Source of the DNA: Bdellovibrionales bacterium
GTDB taxonomy: Bacteria > Bdellovibrionota > Bdellovibrionia > Bdellovibrionales > UBA1609
Assembly (NCBI GenBank): GCA_027317865.1
Contig: DAHVQG010000003.1
Location: 32,001 to 96,000, forward strand
Direction of reading: 5' to 3'
Length of the DNA: 64,000 bases
The notes below the pieces were generated by a model, which was not told where the DNA came from, ran no database searches, and saw only the letters and a program-made list of their open reading frames with translations. The position numbers were made by a program, and so were the translations under genes. Below, in pieces: positions 9,692 through 20,652 of the stretch (positions are counted from its first letter, which is position 1; every line of letters starts with the position of its first letter).

Positions 9692-10069
9692 GCTATAACA
9701 GATTTCAAGAATGGGATTTTAGATTCTGAAGGATATGAGCGGAGGGTGGCACGGGTGAGATCTGAACGAAAACGCTTTAGCCATCAGCTCGAAGAGGCTC
9801 AGGTTCAGATTACAGATGCAGGTATCGAAACGGCGAAAACAACTATCGAACTCGCGAAGTCCGCGAAAACATTATGGAATGACGCCACAGTAGAGGAGCG
9901 TATGCAAATTCTAAAACGTGTACTTTCGAACCCGGTGCTCGATGGGCCAACGCTGCGATATGATTTGAAAAATTCAGTGGCGGCGTTGGCCGCAATGGCC
10001 ACTCAGAGTGAGTGGCGTCCCCTACGAGATTCGAACTCGTGTCTACTCCGTGAAAGGGAGTTGTCCTAG
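9692..10069 (+). pseudogene. C-terminal remnant of a large serine recombinase (integrase) running into tRNA-Glu
   Basis: DFKNGILDSEGYER coiled coil, LWNDATVEERMQILKRVLSNPVLDG, and a tRNA-derived WRPLRDSN tail. Confidence 0.75.
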
Positions 10070-10088
10070 GCCTCTAGACGAAGGGGAC
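10013..10088 (-). tRNA. tRNA-Glu(TTC)
   Basis: GTCCCCTTCGTCTAGAGGCCTAGGAC..CTTTCAC..GTTCGAATC..GGGGACGCCA, 76 nt. Confidence 0.97.
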
Positions 10089-10105
10089 ACATGAGTACAA
10101 AAAAA

Positions 10106-10181
10106 TGGTGATCCGCGATGGATTTGAACCATCGACCCTCTCCTTAAAAGGGAGATGCTCTACCAACTGAGCTAGCGGATC
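10106..10181 (-). tRNA. tRNA-Lys(TTT)
   Basis: GATCCGCTAGCTCAGTTGGTAGAGC..CTTTTAA..GGTTCAAATCC..CACCA, 76 nt. Confidence 0.97.
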
Positions 10182-10243
10182 ACTGTTTGCACTTGCAAAG
10201 ACGGTCAATTTCGAAGAAATGCCGTTTCAAGTCAATAATTTAA

Positions 10244-11572
<1,329 letters not shown>

Positions 11573-11599
11573 TCAGTTGAAGCGCCAAGTCGTGAAGGT

Positions 11600-12550
11600 T
11601 CACGATTCGATTGGGATTGGATTTGAACGCTCGCCCGAAACCAAAGCCGCAATGAGCGCATTGACGGCCAAGTCAGACGCGCGGGCCATGGCTTCGTTGG
11701 TAAATGCTCCCATGTGGGGAGTGATGACAACATTCGAAAATTTGCGCAGGCGCGATTCGGCCGCGAGCGGCTCGGTTTCAAAAACGTCAAGTCCGGCGGC
11801 GCTTACCTCACCAGAATCAAGGCTTGCGATAAGAGCGCGCTCGTCAACAACCGATCCTCGGGAGGTGTTGATCAAAATCACACCATCTTTTGCCTGTTCA
11901 AGCGTGCGTTGATTGATAAAATGGCGTGTTTCATCGTTCAGGGGCACATGTAGCGACAAAATATCAGCTTGGGCCAGAACCTCTGAGAAACCGAATCGTT
12001 CAAGATTAAAACTGCGAAATACGTCATCCTTTTGGTAAGGGTCGTGAGCGACGACGGTTGCGCCAAAACATTGCGTCAGTCGCGCGACGCGAGACCCGAC
12101 CCGGCCGAGACCGATGATGCCGACAGTTTTGCCGGAGAGTTCAGCGCCAAATTTCAGAGCGTCCTTCCACTCCCGGTTACGTAACGCGCGTTGGGCCTCG
12201 GTTTGCCTGCGCAAACACGAGAGCATGAGTAAAAGCGTCAGCTCAGCCGCCGCTGGAGCGTTAGCATCAGGAGTGTAAAGTGCGGCGATATTTTTTTGCG
12301 CGCAAAGTTCGGCATCGACATGGTCGTAACCGCTCGTTGCAGAAACGACGACTTTTAATTTTGGCGCTTGGGCTAATAGTTCGGCGTCGACAACGGTGCG
12401 AGAACGAATGAGCAAACCATCTGCGCGGGCCAGTTCGGCGGCGCTTGGTCGTCGATCCGTTCTCACAATTTCGCAGGGGTTCAACGCGTGCCGAAGTTTT
12501 TCAAGCGATTCAGTCAAATAGGTATCGGTAACAAGAATGGTTGTGCTCAT
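11600..12550 (-). CDS. D-2-hydroxyacid dehydrogenase, SerA-like without ACT domain
   Basis: GIIGLGRVG, INTSRG, LDVFETEP and TPHMGA motifs. Confidence 0.9.
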   Translation of the reverse strand: MSTTILVTDTYLTESLEKLRHALNPCEIVRTDRRPSAAELARADGLLIRSRTVVDAELLAQAPKLKVVVSATSGYDHVDAELCAQKNIAALYTPDANAPAAAELTLLLMLSCLRRQTEAQRALRNREWKDALKFGAELSGKTVGIIGLGRVGSRVARLTQCFGATVVAHDPYQKDDVFRSFNLERFGFSEVLAQADILSLHVPLNDETRHFINQRTLEQAKDGVILINTSRGSVVDERALIASLDSGEVSAAGLDVFETEPLAAESRLRKFSNVVITPHMGAFTNEAMARASDLAVNALIAALVSGERSNPIPIES

Positions 12551-13702
12551 TTATTTTAGTTCTGCGCGCAAGGCGGCGAGCGCTTCTTCGCGTGCGTTTG
12601 CCGCTAACGGCACTCCTAGATCTTTAAGTGCTAGGTATAGGATTTCAGTTGTGGCGGCCATGTCGTCGTCCGTAATGTAACCGAGATGACCGATGCGTAA
12701 GATTTTGCCCTTCAGTTGATCTTGCCCGCCCATTAGCGTGAGATTGTATTCCTTTTCAATATGCTCCCGCAGTTTTTGGCTGTCGATTTCGGCCGGGGTA
12801 AGAAGTGCTGTCACCGATGCACTCGGAAATTTTGAATAAATTTGCAACCCCAGCGGCTTCGACATTTCACGCGTGGCTTTTGCCAGTTTTTTGATCCGTG
12901 CTAGCGTTTGCGTTTTTTGTTCACCCGTCAAAAACTGCAGACTGATTTCAAGTGCGCGAATCGTCGCGACGGCTGAGCTAAAATGAGTTTCGCCTTTTTC
13001 AAGCGATTTTTTTTCGGTACGTAAGTCCCAATAATATTTTGGCAGTCGCGATTTTTGGTTAAACCCCCACGCCTTTTCACTCAAGGCAATGAAACTCAAC
13101 CCGGTTGGGAGCATGAACGCCTTTTGCGAACTGCCGATGACGACATCGAGACCCCACTCATCCATTTTGAGTTCCATCGCGCCGACGGCGGTGATCGCGT
13201 CTACGATTAATAGCGTCTCACTTCGTTTACGTACGATTGAGGCGATATCGCGAATGGGATGTACAGTTGCCGTGCTCGTTTCACAATATTGCGAGAACAC
13301 GGCTTTGATAGTCGGGTGTAGAGCAAGCTGCTTTTCGATTTCTTGAGGATCAACCGCATTGCCCCATTCGACGAGTAGAGGATGAACGTTAAGCCCAAAC
13401 TGTTTAACCATATCCGCCCAACGTTCGCCGAATTTGCCTGAGACTACGACGAGTACATCATCGCCCGGAGAGAGCGTGTTGACGATAGCCGATTCCATGG
13501 CTCCTGTTCCGGTCGACGTGTGCATAAAAACCGGCTGCTTCGTTTCGAATACGTCTTTTAATTTTTCACTGACATTTTTTAGAACTCGTTTGAATTCAGG
13601 AGTGCGATGGTGAAGCATCGGCTCAGCTAGGATTTTTCGAACTTCGGGATGCAAAGGCACCGGCCCGGGAGTCAACAATCGATAGGGGTAGTTTTTTGTC
13701 AT
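12551..13702 (-). CDS. Class V PLP aminotransferase (alanine-glyoxylate/serine-pyruvate family)
   Basis: LLTPGP, TGTGAME, SSQKAFMLPTG and RIGHLG motifs. Confidence 0.93.
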   Translation of the reverse strand: MTKNYPYRLLTPGPVPLHPEVRKILAEPMLHHRTPEFKRVLKNVSEKLKDVFETKQPVFMHTSTGTGAMESAIVNTLSPGDDVLVVVSGKFGERWADMVKQFGLNVHPLLVEWGNAVDPQEIEKQLALHPTIKAVFSQYCETSTATVHPIRDIASIVRKRSETLLIVDAITAVGAMELKMDEWGLDVVIGSSQKAFMLPTGLSFIALSEKAWGFNQKSRLPKYYWDLRTEKKSLEKGETHFSSAVATIRALEISLQFLTGEQKTQTLARIKKLAKATREMSKPLGLQIYSKFPSASVTALLTPAEIDSQKLREHIEKEYNLTLMGGQDQLKGKILRIGHLGYITDDDMAATTEILYLALKDLGVPLAANAREEALAALRAELK

Positions 13703-13754
13703 GCGACCCAATATAAGTTGTTACCGCCTAGTTGTCATGCTAGCGTAATCGATT

Positions 13755-14336
13755 ATGAATAAGTGGCGTGCGATTTTATCGATCATTGCGTTATGCAGTT
13801 TGGTCGGGTGCGCCTATCAGTTCGGTTATCAACAGCGGTCGTTGCCCGACGGGTACAAAAGGGTTGCGATCCCCATGTTTAAAAACCTTTCAGATCAGGT
13901 TGACGCCGAAAAATATTTTACCGAGGCGATCGTTCGCGATTTTGATCGTTCACGCGTAGCGAAAGTGGTCGGCCTGAGACAAGCTCCGATTGTTCTTGAC
14001 GGCACAATCACTTCGATCACCTATACCCCCGACGCGTACATCTATGCGGGCAATACGGAGTCGAATACAATTGACCTGCCCGTCAACACCGTTTTGGCGA
14101 GCTCCTACCGTTGTTCGGTCAACGTCAATATCAAAATTCGCCGTAAATCTGACAATAAAATTATTTGGCAGGGCGATTTCAGCGATGAACGCGAATATCA
14201 GGCGCCGCAAATTGGTTTGGCCGTTATTAATTCGGCGGACCCGCTGTACAACCATAGCGCGCACAACGAAGTGGTCGAGCAACTTGCAAATGATATGATG
14301 CAAACGGCTCACGACCGTATAACTGAGAATTTTTAA
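13755..14336 (+). CDS. lptE: LPS-assembly lipoprotein LptE-like
   Basis: Lipobox LVGC-AYQF; VAIPMFKN; lies upstream of holA. Confidence 0.8.
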   Translation: MNKWRAILSIIALCSLVGCAYQFGYQQRSLPDGYKRVAIPMFKNLSDQVDAEKYFTEAIVRDFDRSRVAKVVGLRQAPIVLDGTITSITYTPDAYIYAGNTESNTIDLPVNTVLASSYRCSVNVNIKIRRKSDNKIIWQGDFSDEREYQAPQIGLAVINSADPLYNHSAHNEVVEQLANDMMQTAHDRITENF

Positions 14337-14348
14337 AGGACTTGTAAG

Positions 14349-15356
14349 ATGGCTCGGCCGGCAGAATGGGATCTGCGCAAACTTCAAATGAGTCTTGAAA
14401 AGGGAACTCCCGGCCCAATTTATTTGCTGCATGGTGAAGAAACGTTTTTGATCGATCAGGCGATTTTGGCGATTCGGACGAAAACACTGGCGTCGGGTTT
14501 GGCTGATTTTAATTGCGATGTGCTAACGGCACCCGAGACGACTCCGGGGCAGGTTCGCGACATTGTTGAAACGCTCCCGATGATGGCCGAACGGCGTCTG
14601 GTTATTTATCGCGGAATTGAATCCGTTAAAGACGAAGCGTGGGAGCAGCTTTTGCCGGTCGTCGAAAATCCGATTTCATCTACGGTTTTAGTGTTGGTGG
14701 CGGACAAATTAGATAAACGGAAGAAGTTTATAAAACGCCTGAATGAAGTCGCAATATTGGTTGATTTAAAAAAGCCGTATGAGAATCAAATTGCGTCATG
14801 GATCGAATATATAGCCTTTCTCGAAGACCTGAAGCTCGCTCCCGACGCGATGGCCGCTATTCAACAGATCGTCGGTACGAATCTGTGCGAAATTCAGAAC
14901 GAAATTCGTAAAATTAAACAGTTTTTGGGGCCAGATGCGAAATCGGTCGCGCTTGCAGATGTGCTAAAAGTCGTATCGAAGGCGCGAGTCGAAAGCGTTT
15001 TTAGCCTAACCGATGCCATTGGCCGGCGCGATCGCGCTCGGGCTCTGTTATGTCTGGCGAATTTGCTCGAACACGGCCAAAACGAAATCGGTGTGTTGTC
15101 GCTCATTTACCGGCAAATTCGAATTTTGTCGGCCGTTTATGACGGTAAAAAGGCGGGACTTAGCGGAGTTCGTTTATCGCAAAAAGTGGGTGTCCCCGAA
15201 TTTTTTCTCAAGCAGTATCTGGAGCAGGTTCGCCTATGGGACAGTCAAAAATTCGCTTGTACCATCAAAGCTTTGCATGAAACCGATAAGGCACTGAAAT
15301 CGTCGCCGGTTGCTTCGCACATTTGGCTCGAAAATTTTGTCGTCCAAATCTGTTAG
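14349..15356 (+). CDS. holA: DNA polymerase III delta subunit
   Basis: IYLLHGEETFLI, LPMMAERRLVI and LDKRKK motifs. Confidence 0.93.
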   Translation: MARPAEWDLRKLQMSLEKGTPGPIYLLHGEETFLIDQAILAIRTKTLASGLADFNCDVLTAPETTPGQVRDIVETLPMMAERRLVIYRGIESVKDEAWEQLLPVVENPISSTVLVLVADKLDKRKKFIKRLNEVAILVDLKKPYENQIASWIEYIAFLEDLKLAPDAMAAIQQIVGTNLCEIQNEIRKIKQFLGPDAKSVALADVLKVVSKARVESVFSLTDAIGRRDRARALLCLANLLEHGQNEIGVLSLIYRQIRILSAVYDGKKAGLSGVRLSQKVGVPEFFLKQYLEQVRLWDSQKFACTIKALHETDKALKSSPVASHIWLENFVVQIC

Positions 15357-15407
15357 AAGCACGTTCATTGAATCCAGAATCGCGTGACTCATTTTGAAAC
15401 GGTGTTT

Positions 15408-15432
15408 TAAAAGTGCCGTCGGTTGCCGATAA
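15408..15432 (+). promoter_or_regulatory. Possible sigma28 promoter of the PilZ gene
   Basis: TAAAAG..GCCGATAA with a short spacer. Confidence 0.45.
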
Positions 15433-15452
15433 GTTGTGTTGAGGGCAAGTTG

Positions 15453-15902
15453 ATGGGTAACGAACGAGATCACGCGCAAAACACAACGCAAAGTGCTGTG
15501 CCGAATTCGGTTGAACCATTTGCCGATATTTCCGGTTATGTCGGTCACCGTCGTGTGCCGCGCCGACCGGTATCTTGCCGTATCGGTGTTCTAATTGGTG
15601 GGAGCTATCACCTCGCCAATGCGTATGAAATGGGCGAAAACGGAATGATGATCGACTCGCCGATTGAGTTAAGTGAGAAGCAATTGATTGTTGTTGCTAT
15701 TCGGGTTGTCAACGTTGTTCAAGGCGTGATGCTCTCGCGCGTGGTTTATAAAGTCCCTGCAAATGAACCAGGGCAACCCATAAAGTATGGGTTGCAATTC
15801 GAGCAAATTGGTTTTGACGTGAAACGTATGATTCGGAATTTCGTCGCTTCAAACCGGTCGAGCGAAAATGTCGTCGACCGTAACGAAATTAAAGCCGGTT
15901 GA
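15453..15902 (+). CDS. PilZ-domain protein
   Basis: RRVPR..EMGENG (variant of DxSxxG) ..YGLQF. Confidence 0.8.
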   Translation: MGNERDHAQNTTQSAVPNSVEPFADISGYVGHRRVPRRPVSCRIGVLIGGSYHLANAYEMGENGMMIDSPIELSEKQLIVVAIRVVNVVQGVMLSRVVYKVPANEPGQPIKYGLQFEQIGFDVKRMIRNFVASNRSSENVVDRNEIKAG

Positions 15903-16197
15903 TTTGCGCCGACAAACGGCCGATGCGGCGAGCGGCGCGCCGGACATGAACAGCGCCTTTTTGAGCCGCGCGATCAACAGTCGACATAAACGTCACCAGC
16001 GCTTTTTTGGCCGATTCGACGTCCTTTTTTTGAATCGCTACTAAAACGCTTTTCTCGATTGTTTTGACTTGGCTCTTCCAGCTCGTATTGCGGGCTGCAC
16101 GGCGGACCGTCTGACGCGCCCGTTTTTGCGCGGATTTGTGGCGGCCTTTGATCATTTTTCTTTTTTCTGCGGCGGCTTTATTCGCTTCTTCTGCCAT
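15889..16197 (-). CDS. rpsT: 30S ribosomal protein S20 with N-terminal extension
   Basis: HKSAQKRARQ..RN..KS.VKT..DRAAQKGAVH..AARR. Confidence 0.93.
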   Translation of the reverse strand: MAEEANKAAAEKRKMIKGRHKSAQKRARQTVRRAARNTSWKSQVKTIEKSVLVAIQKKDVESAKKALVTFMSTVDRAAQKGAVHVRRAARRIGRLSAQINRL

Positions 16198-16329
16198 GTG
16201 GTTCCTTTCAACCGGGAATGGTCACATTTTCTTGCCATGCCCACTCAAATTTCAACTATGCGCTTCTACCATATTGGAACAACAGTTGCAATGCCCTATC
16301 GACAACCATGATAGCTGACCACAATATAG

Positions 16330-17385
16330 TTAAGAGTCTGAAACTGTATGAATCACTCGCTGCGGAAAGGGTATGTCGATGCCTTCTTTTTTAAATCGGG
16401 CATGCAGCGCCTTAATGAATTCGTGCTTGATAAGGTAATTGTCAACATACGTCTCGGCTCTTAAGTTTACCGATAAATTAATCGATGAATCGCCAAATTC
16501 ATTATACCGTACTGAAGGTACGTAGGAACGGACAGCTCCGGGAACAGTGGCTATAACCTGTTTGGCCACCTCGACAATCACCTTTTCGATTTGTTCAAGG
16601 TCGCCGTCGTAAGACACTCCTACAGGAACAGAAACCGAGGTTTCGCGGTTTGGTAGATTGTAATTCGTCAATCGTGACGAGGCGATTTTCGAATTGGGTA
16701 CAACAATGACATTACCGGATAACTGCTGAATGCGTGTACTGCGCCAGCCAATATTGACGACGTACCCCTCCATACCGGCGCCGTCGTTGAGATTGACATA
16801 GTCTCCTATATTAATTGGCCGGTCGGCCAGAACATAGATGCCGCTGAAGAAATTGCTCAAAGTGTCTTGCAGCGCGAGTGCTACGGCAACAGAACCGACG
16901 CCTAAAGAAGCGAGTAGGGGAGTGATTGAAATCCCAAGGCTGTCGAGAATAATGAGTGCGCCGATCGAGTAAACAAAAACCCGGATCGCAATTTGAATCA
17001 GTTGGCGGCTACCGACGTTAAACTGTGCAAAGTAGCGATGGCTATGGATTATGACTTTCGCAAACCGGTCAACAACGACAAGACTGACAACAACAAAGTA
17101 AATGAGCAGGGTATTTGTTAAAAGATTGGCATGGTGAAACGTGCTGGGGACGAACCCCTGGGCGAACGAAAGGGTCAATCCAAAGACGGTTAACTTGGCC
17201 GGTAGATCGAGCTCGTCTAAAATCTCTTTGCGCCAGCCGCTTTCCGAGGCGTGAGTCCAGTGACGAATTCGTGACCATAGCCATTTCTTCAACACTGTTG
17301 CAACAATCAACGCGCAAACGAACACAATGGCGAATACGGTCCAAGGAGCGAGGAGCGTCAGTATTTTATTTGCATTCATATTCAA
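16330..17385 (-). CDS. Small-conductance mechanosensitive channel (MscS family)
   Basis: ALALQDTLSNFFSG, IGWRSTRI, VPNSK and GIDIPFPQR motifs. Confidence 0.93.
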   Translation of the reverse strand: MNMNANKILTLLAPWTVFAIVFVCALIVATVLKKWLWSRIRHWTHASESGWRKEILDELDLPAKLTVFGLTLSFAQGFVPSTFHHANLLTNTLLIYFVVVSLVVVDRFAKVIIHSHRYFAQFNVGSRQLIQIAIRVFVYSIGALIILDSLGISITPLLASLGVGSVAVALALQDTLSNFFSGIYVLADRPINIGDYVNLNDGAGMEGYVVNIGWRSTRIQQLSGNVIVVPNSKIASSRLTNYNLPNRETSVSVPVGVSYDGDLEQIEKVIVEVAKQVIATVPGAVRSYVPSVRYNEFGDSSINLSVNLRAETYVDNYLIKHEFIKALHARFKKEGIDIPFPQRVIHTVSDS

Positions 17386-17451
17386 TTGCCTACAGTTTAC
17401 GAGATTATTTAGAATAACAAGTGGCGCGAGTTTTTTTCAAATCAATAATTT

Positions 17452-20400
17452 ATGACACTGTCTGACCTTTCTATTCGACGACCGGTTTTTGCATGGATGC
17501 TCATGCTTGGCCTTATTGTGTTCGGGCTCATCAGCTATTCGCGGATGGGCGTCAGCCAGTTCCCGGATGTTGATTTTCCGATTGTAACTGTAACGGTCAC
17601 CTGGACCGGGGCATCTCCTGAGACTATGGAATCGGCTGTCGCGGACGTCATTGAAAACGCCGTGATGGATATCCAAGGGGTTCGTTCGGTGACGTCGAAC
17701 TGCCAAGAAGGGCTCTCCACCACCACAATCGAATTTAATTTAAATAAAAATATCGATGCGGCGGTACAAGAGGTCGATGCGGACATCGGGCAAGCGCAAA
17801 AGCAACTACCTCCCGATATTGATCCGCCGATTGTCCAAAAGGCAAATCCGACGGATCAACCGATTATGTGGATCACGCTGACGGGGGGCAAGTCGCTTCG
17901 TCAACTTGTTTTATTTGTTCGCGATCATTTGCTTGACGCGCTTACCACGGTCGAAGGCGTTGGCGATATCAACGAGGGTGGGTACGTCGACCCTGACATG
18001 CGCGTTTGGTTAAACAGCAAAGAAATGAACGAGCGCGAGATTACCGTTAGCGACGTGATATCGGCTCTGCAAGCCGGCACGATTTTGACTCCATCCGGAT
18101 ACATGGATAACGGTCCAAAAGAAACAAACGTTCAGATCATGAGTCAGGCCCAGACGGCCAAACAATTCGGCGATCTCGTGATACCGACGCGTAACGGTCA
18201 GCCCGTATGGAGTATCATCCGCATTCGTGATGTCGCCCATGTGGACGCGGGGCTAGCGGATATCCGTCGAATTTCACGGGTCAACGGGCAAAGAACCGTC
18301 GGCCTCGGAATTATTCTACAGCCTGGTGCTAACGCCGTTAACGTCGCCAACCGGGTAAAAGCGAAAGTCGCACAGATTGATAAAATTTTACCTCCCGGTT
18401 TGCACTTGAGAGTTGTTGTCGATGGAACGACATTCATTCGCGCTGCTGTTCGAGAGTTGATACGAACTTTGATTATTTCAGCGCTTTTGACTTCGTTGGT
18501 CTGCTGGTTATTTCTCGGGTCGATGAGCTCGGCATTCAACGTCGTTTTGGCCATACCGACATCGTTAATCGGCGCGTTTATTGTCATGTATTTTGCCGGG
18601 TTCACGTTGAACAGTTTCACGCTACTGGCGCTTTCGCTCGCCATTGGTATCGTTGTTGATGACGCCATTATGGTGCTTGAAAACATCGTTCGCTATCACG
18701 AGATGGGCTACAGTAAAGTCCGAGCTGCCCTCGTGGGCGCGCGCGAGATCACCGGTGCGGCGGTTGCGGCGTCAATGGCGATTTTGGCAATTTTTATGCC
18801 GGTCGTTTTTATGGGCGGCATTGTTGGCAAATTTTTCTTTCAGTTCGGGGTTGCGATGTCGGTGACTGTGCTGCTTTCGCTCCTCGAAGCATTAACACTC
18901 GCGCCAATGCGCTGTGCGCAGTTTTTGCACGTCGGTGAAGTGAATGTTTTGAGCCGCGGTGTCGGTCGCGGTATGGACCGTCTTACCGTAATTTATAAAA
19001 AAGTTCTTGGTTGGTCACTTGATCATCGATGGAGCGTCATTGGCATCGCCTTTGCAGTTTTCTTTAGTTCGTTATTTATCGCCAAGAAATTACGCAAAGA
19101 GATGGTACCATCCCAAGACATCAGCCGTTTTTTGATTACCATGTACACGCCGCTTGGTTCGTCATTGCAGCACACAAACAAAGTTTTCAAAAAGGCGGAA
19201 GCGTTTTTCAAAAGTCGACCCGAAATCGAAACCTATTTCGTTGCCATCGGCGGCTTTCAGGGCGGGCTGGTCAACCAAGGCAATATATTTATTATGATGA
19301 AAGATCCGGGCAAGCGCGGCGTTTATCCGCCTTTTCGTCACGAGCCGACTCAGCAGCAGTTTATGTCTTTTGTTCGTAAGCATTTGAAGGCGATCAAGGG
19401 GGTAACGCGGGTTTCGCTTATGGATCTCTCGCAGGCGGGGTTTTCGGCGCAAAGAGGGTACCCCATTACATTTTCTCTGCAAGGTCCGAGTTGGCATATG
19501 CTTGCACAGTTAGCAAAAAAATTAATGTTGAAAATGCGCAAGTCCGGTCTGATGACCGATGTCGACACCGATTACAATCCTGATATGCCTGAACTTCGAA
19601 TCATCCCCGATCGGGCCAAAGCGGCGGCACGGGGAGTGACGATTGAGAATATTGCCAACTCGATTAGCGCGTTGGTCGGCAGTTTGGTTGTGGGTCAGTA
19701 TACCGATTCGGCAGGACATCGAGACGACATTCGCGTGCAACTAATGAGCAAATTTGACCGCACGCCGAACGACATTCGAAAAATCATGGTGCGAAATATT
19801 CAAGGGCAAATGGTGCCGCTGGCGAGCGTTGTTAAATTTGAAAACAAGCCGTCTTTGCTAACCATCACGCGCTACGACCGTCAACGGACCATTTCGCTGT
19901 TTGCAAACGTGAAGCACGGGAAGTCACAGGCGGCCGCATTGGATTATGTTGAACATTTAAGAAAAATCCTGCCGCCGAATTACGATTTGATTGAAAGCGG
20001 CTCTTCAAAAACCTTCAAGCAAACTCAACGGAATTTATTGATGGCGATGGCCCTAGGTATATTGTTTGCATACATGGTCTTGGGCACACAATTTAATTCG
20101 TTTATTCATCCTTTTGTCATTTTGCTGGCCTTGCCATTTAGTGTAACGGGAGCGTTTATAGCGCTATGGATCACCGGCATCAGTCTTAACATGTACAGCA
20201 TGATCGGCCTCATTTTACTCATGGGGATTGTGAAAAAGAACTCGATCTTGCTTGTGGATTTTACGAACAACCGTCGCGCTAAAGGGATGGGGGTGCGCGA
20301 GGCACTGCTCGATGCGTGTCCAGTACGGTTGCGCCCGATTCTAATGACATCAGCGGCAATGGTTACAGCCTCGCTCCCTGAAGCTTTGGCGATCGGTGCA

Positions 20401-20652
20401 GGGTCTGAGACGATTCGCCCAATGGCGGTTGTCACCATCGGTGGCGTGATTGTTGCGACATTTTTGACCTTACTTGTCGTACCGTGCGCTTACTCACTTC
20501 TTGCGCGGTTTGAGAATCGCCAACACGAAGGTGAAATTCGCGAAGCGGTCGAGAGTCTCGAAGTTGAAGCCGCCGAAAGATATCAAAAACTTATTGGCCG
20601 TAAACGCGTTCAAGATCCACGCCCATCAACTTCCGAGCCGTCGCGAGCGTAA
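17452..20652 (+). CDS. RND efflux permease (AcrB/MdtB-like)
   Basis: SIRRPV, GIVVDDAIMVLEN, GIVKKNSILL and RLRPILMT motifs. Confidence 0.97.
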   Translation: MTLSDLSIRRPVFAWMLMLGLIVFGLISYSRMGVSQFPDVDFPIVTVTVTWTGASPETMESAVADVIENAVMDIQGVRSVTSNCQEGLSTTTIEFNLNKNIDAAVQEVDADIGQAQKQLPPDIDPPIVQKANPTDQPIMWITLTGGKSLRQLVLFVRDHLLDALTTVEGVGDINEGGYVDPDMRVWLNSKEMNEREITVSDVISALQAGTILTPSGYMDNGPKETNVQIMSQAQTAKQFGDLVIPTRNGQPVWSIIRIRDVAHVDAGLADIRRISRVNGQRTVGLGIILQPGANAVNVANRVKAKVAQIDKILPPGLHLRVVVDGTTFIRAAVRELIRTLIISALLTSLVCWLFLGSMSSAFNVVLAIPTSLIGAFIVMYFAGFTLNSFTLLALSLAIGIVVDDAIMVLENIVRYHEMGYSKVRAALVGAREITGAAVAASMAILAIFMPVVFMGGIVGKFFFQFGVAMSVTVLLSLLEALTLAPMRCAQFLHVGEVNVLSRGVGRGMDRLTVIYKKVLGWSLDHRWSVIGIAFAVFFSSLFIAKKLRKEMVPSQDISRFLITMYTPLGSSLQHTNKVFKKAEAFFKSRPEIETYFVAIGGFQGGLVNQGNIFIMMKDPGKRGVYPPFRHEPTQQQFMSFVRKHLKAIKGVTRVSLMDLSQAGFSAQRGYPITFSLQGPSWHMLAQLAKKLMLKMRKSGLMTDVDTDYNPDMPELRIIPDRAKAAARGVTIENIANSISALVGSLVVGQYTDSAGHRDDIRVQLMSKFDRTPNDIRKIMVRNIQGQMVPLASVVKFENKPSLLTITRYDRQRTISLFANVKHGKSQAAALDYVEHLRKILPPNYDLIESGSSKTFKQTQRNLLMAMALGILFAYMVLGTQFNSFIHPFVILLALPFSVTGAFIALWITGISLNMYSMIGLILLMGIVKKNSILLVDFTNNRRAKGMGVREALLDACPVRLRPILMTSAAMVTASLPEALAIGAGSETIRPMAVVTIGGVIVATFLTLLVVPCAYSLLARFENRQHEGEIREAVESLEVEAAERYQKLIGRKRVQDPRPSTSEPSRA

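Larger units (their letters stand above)
1..10012. mobile_element. Degenerate genomic island integrated at the tRNA-Glu 3' end (left end outside the window)
   Basis: Serine-integrase remnant runs into the tRNA-Glu 3' end. Cargo is a resolvase, an XRE regulator, a TA pair, IS66 and an IS3 remnant. Housekeeping genes resume right after the tRNAs. Confidence 0.75.
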
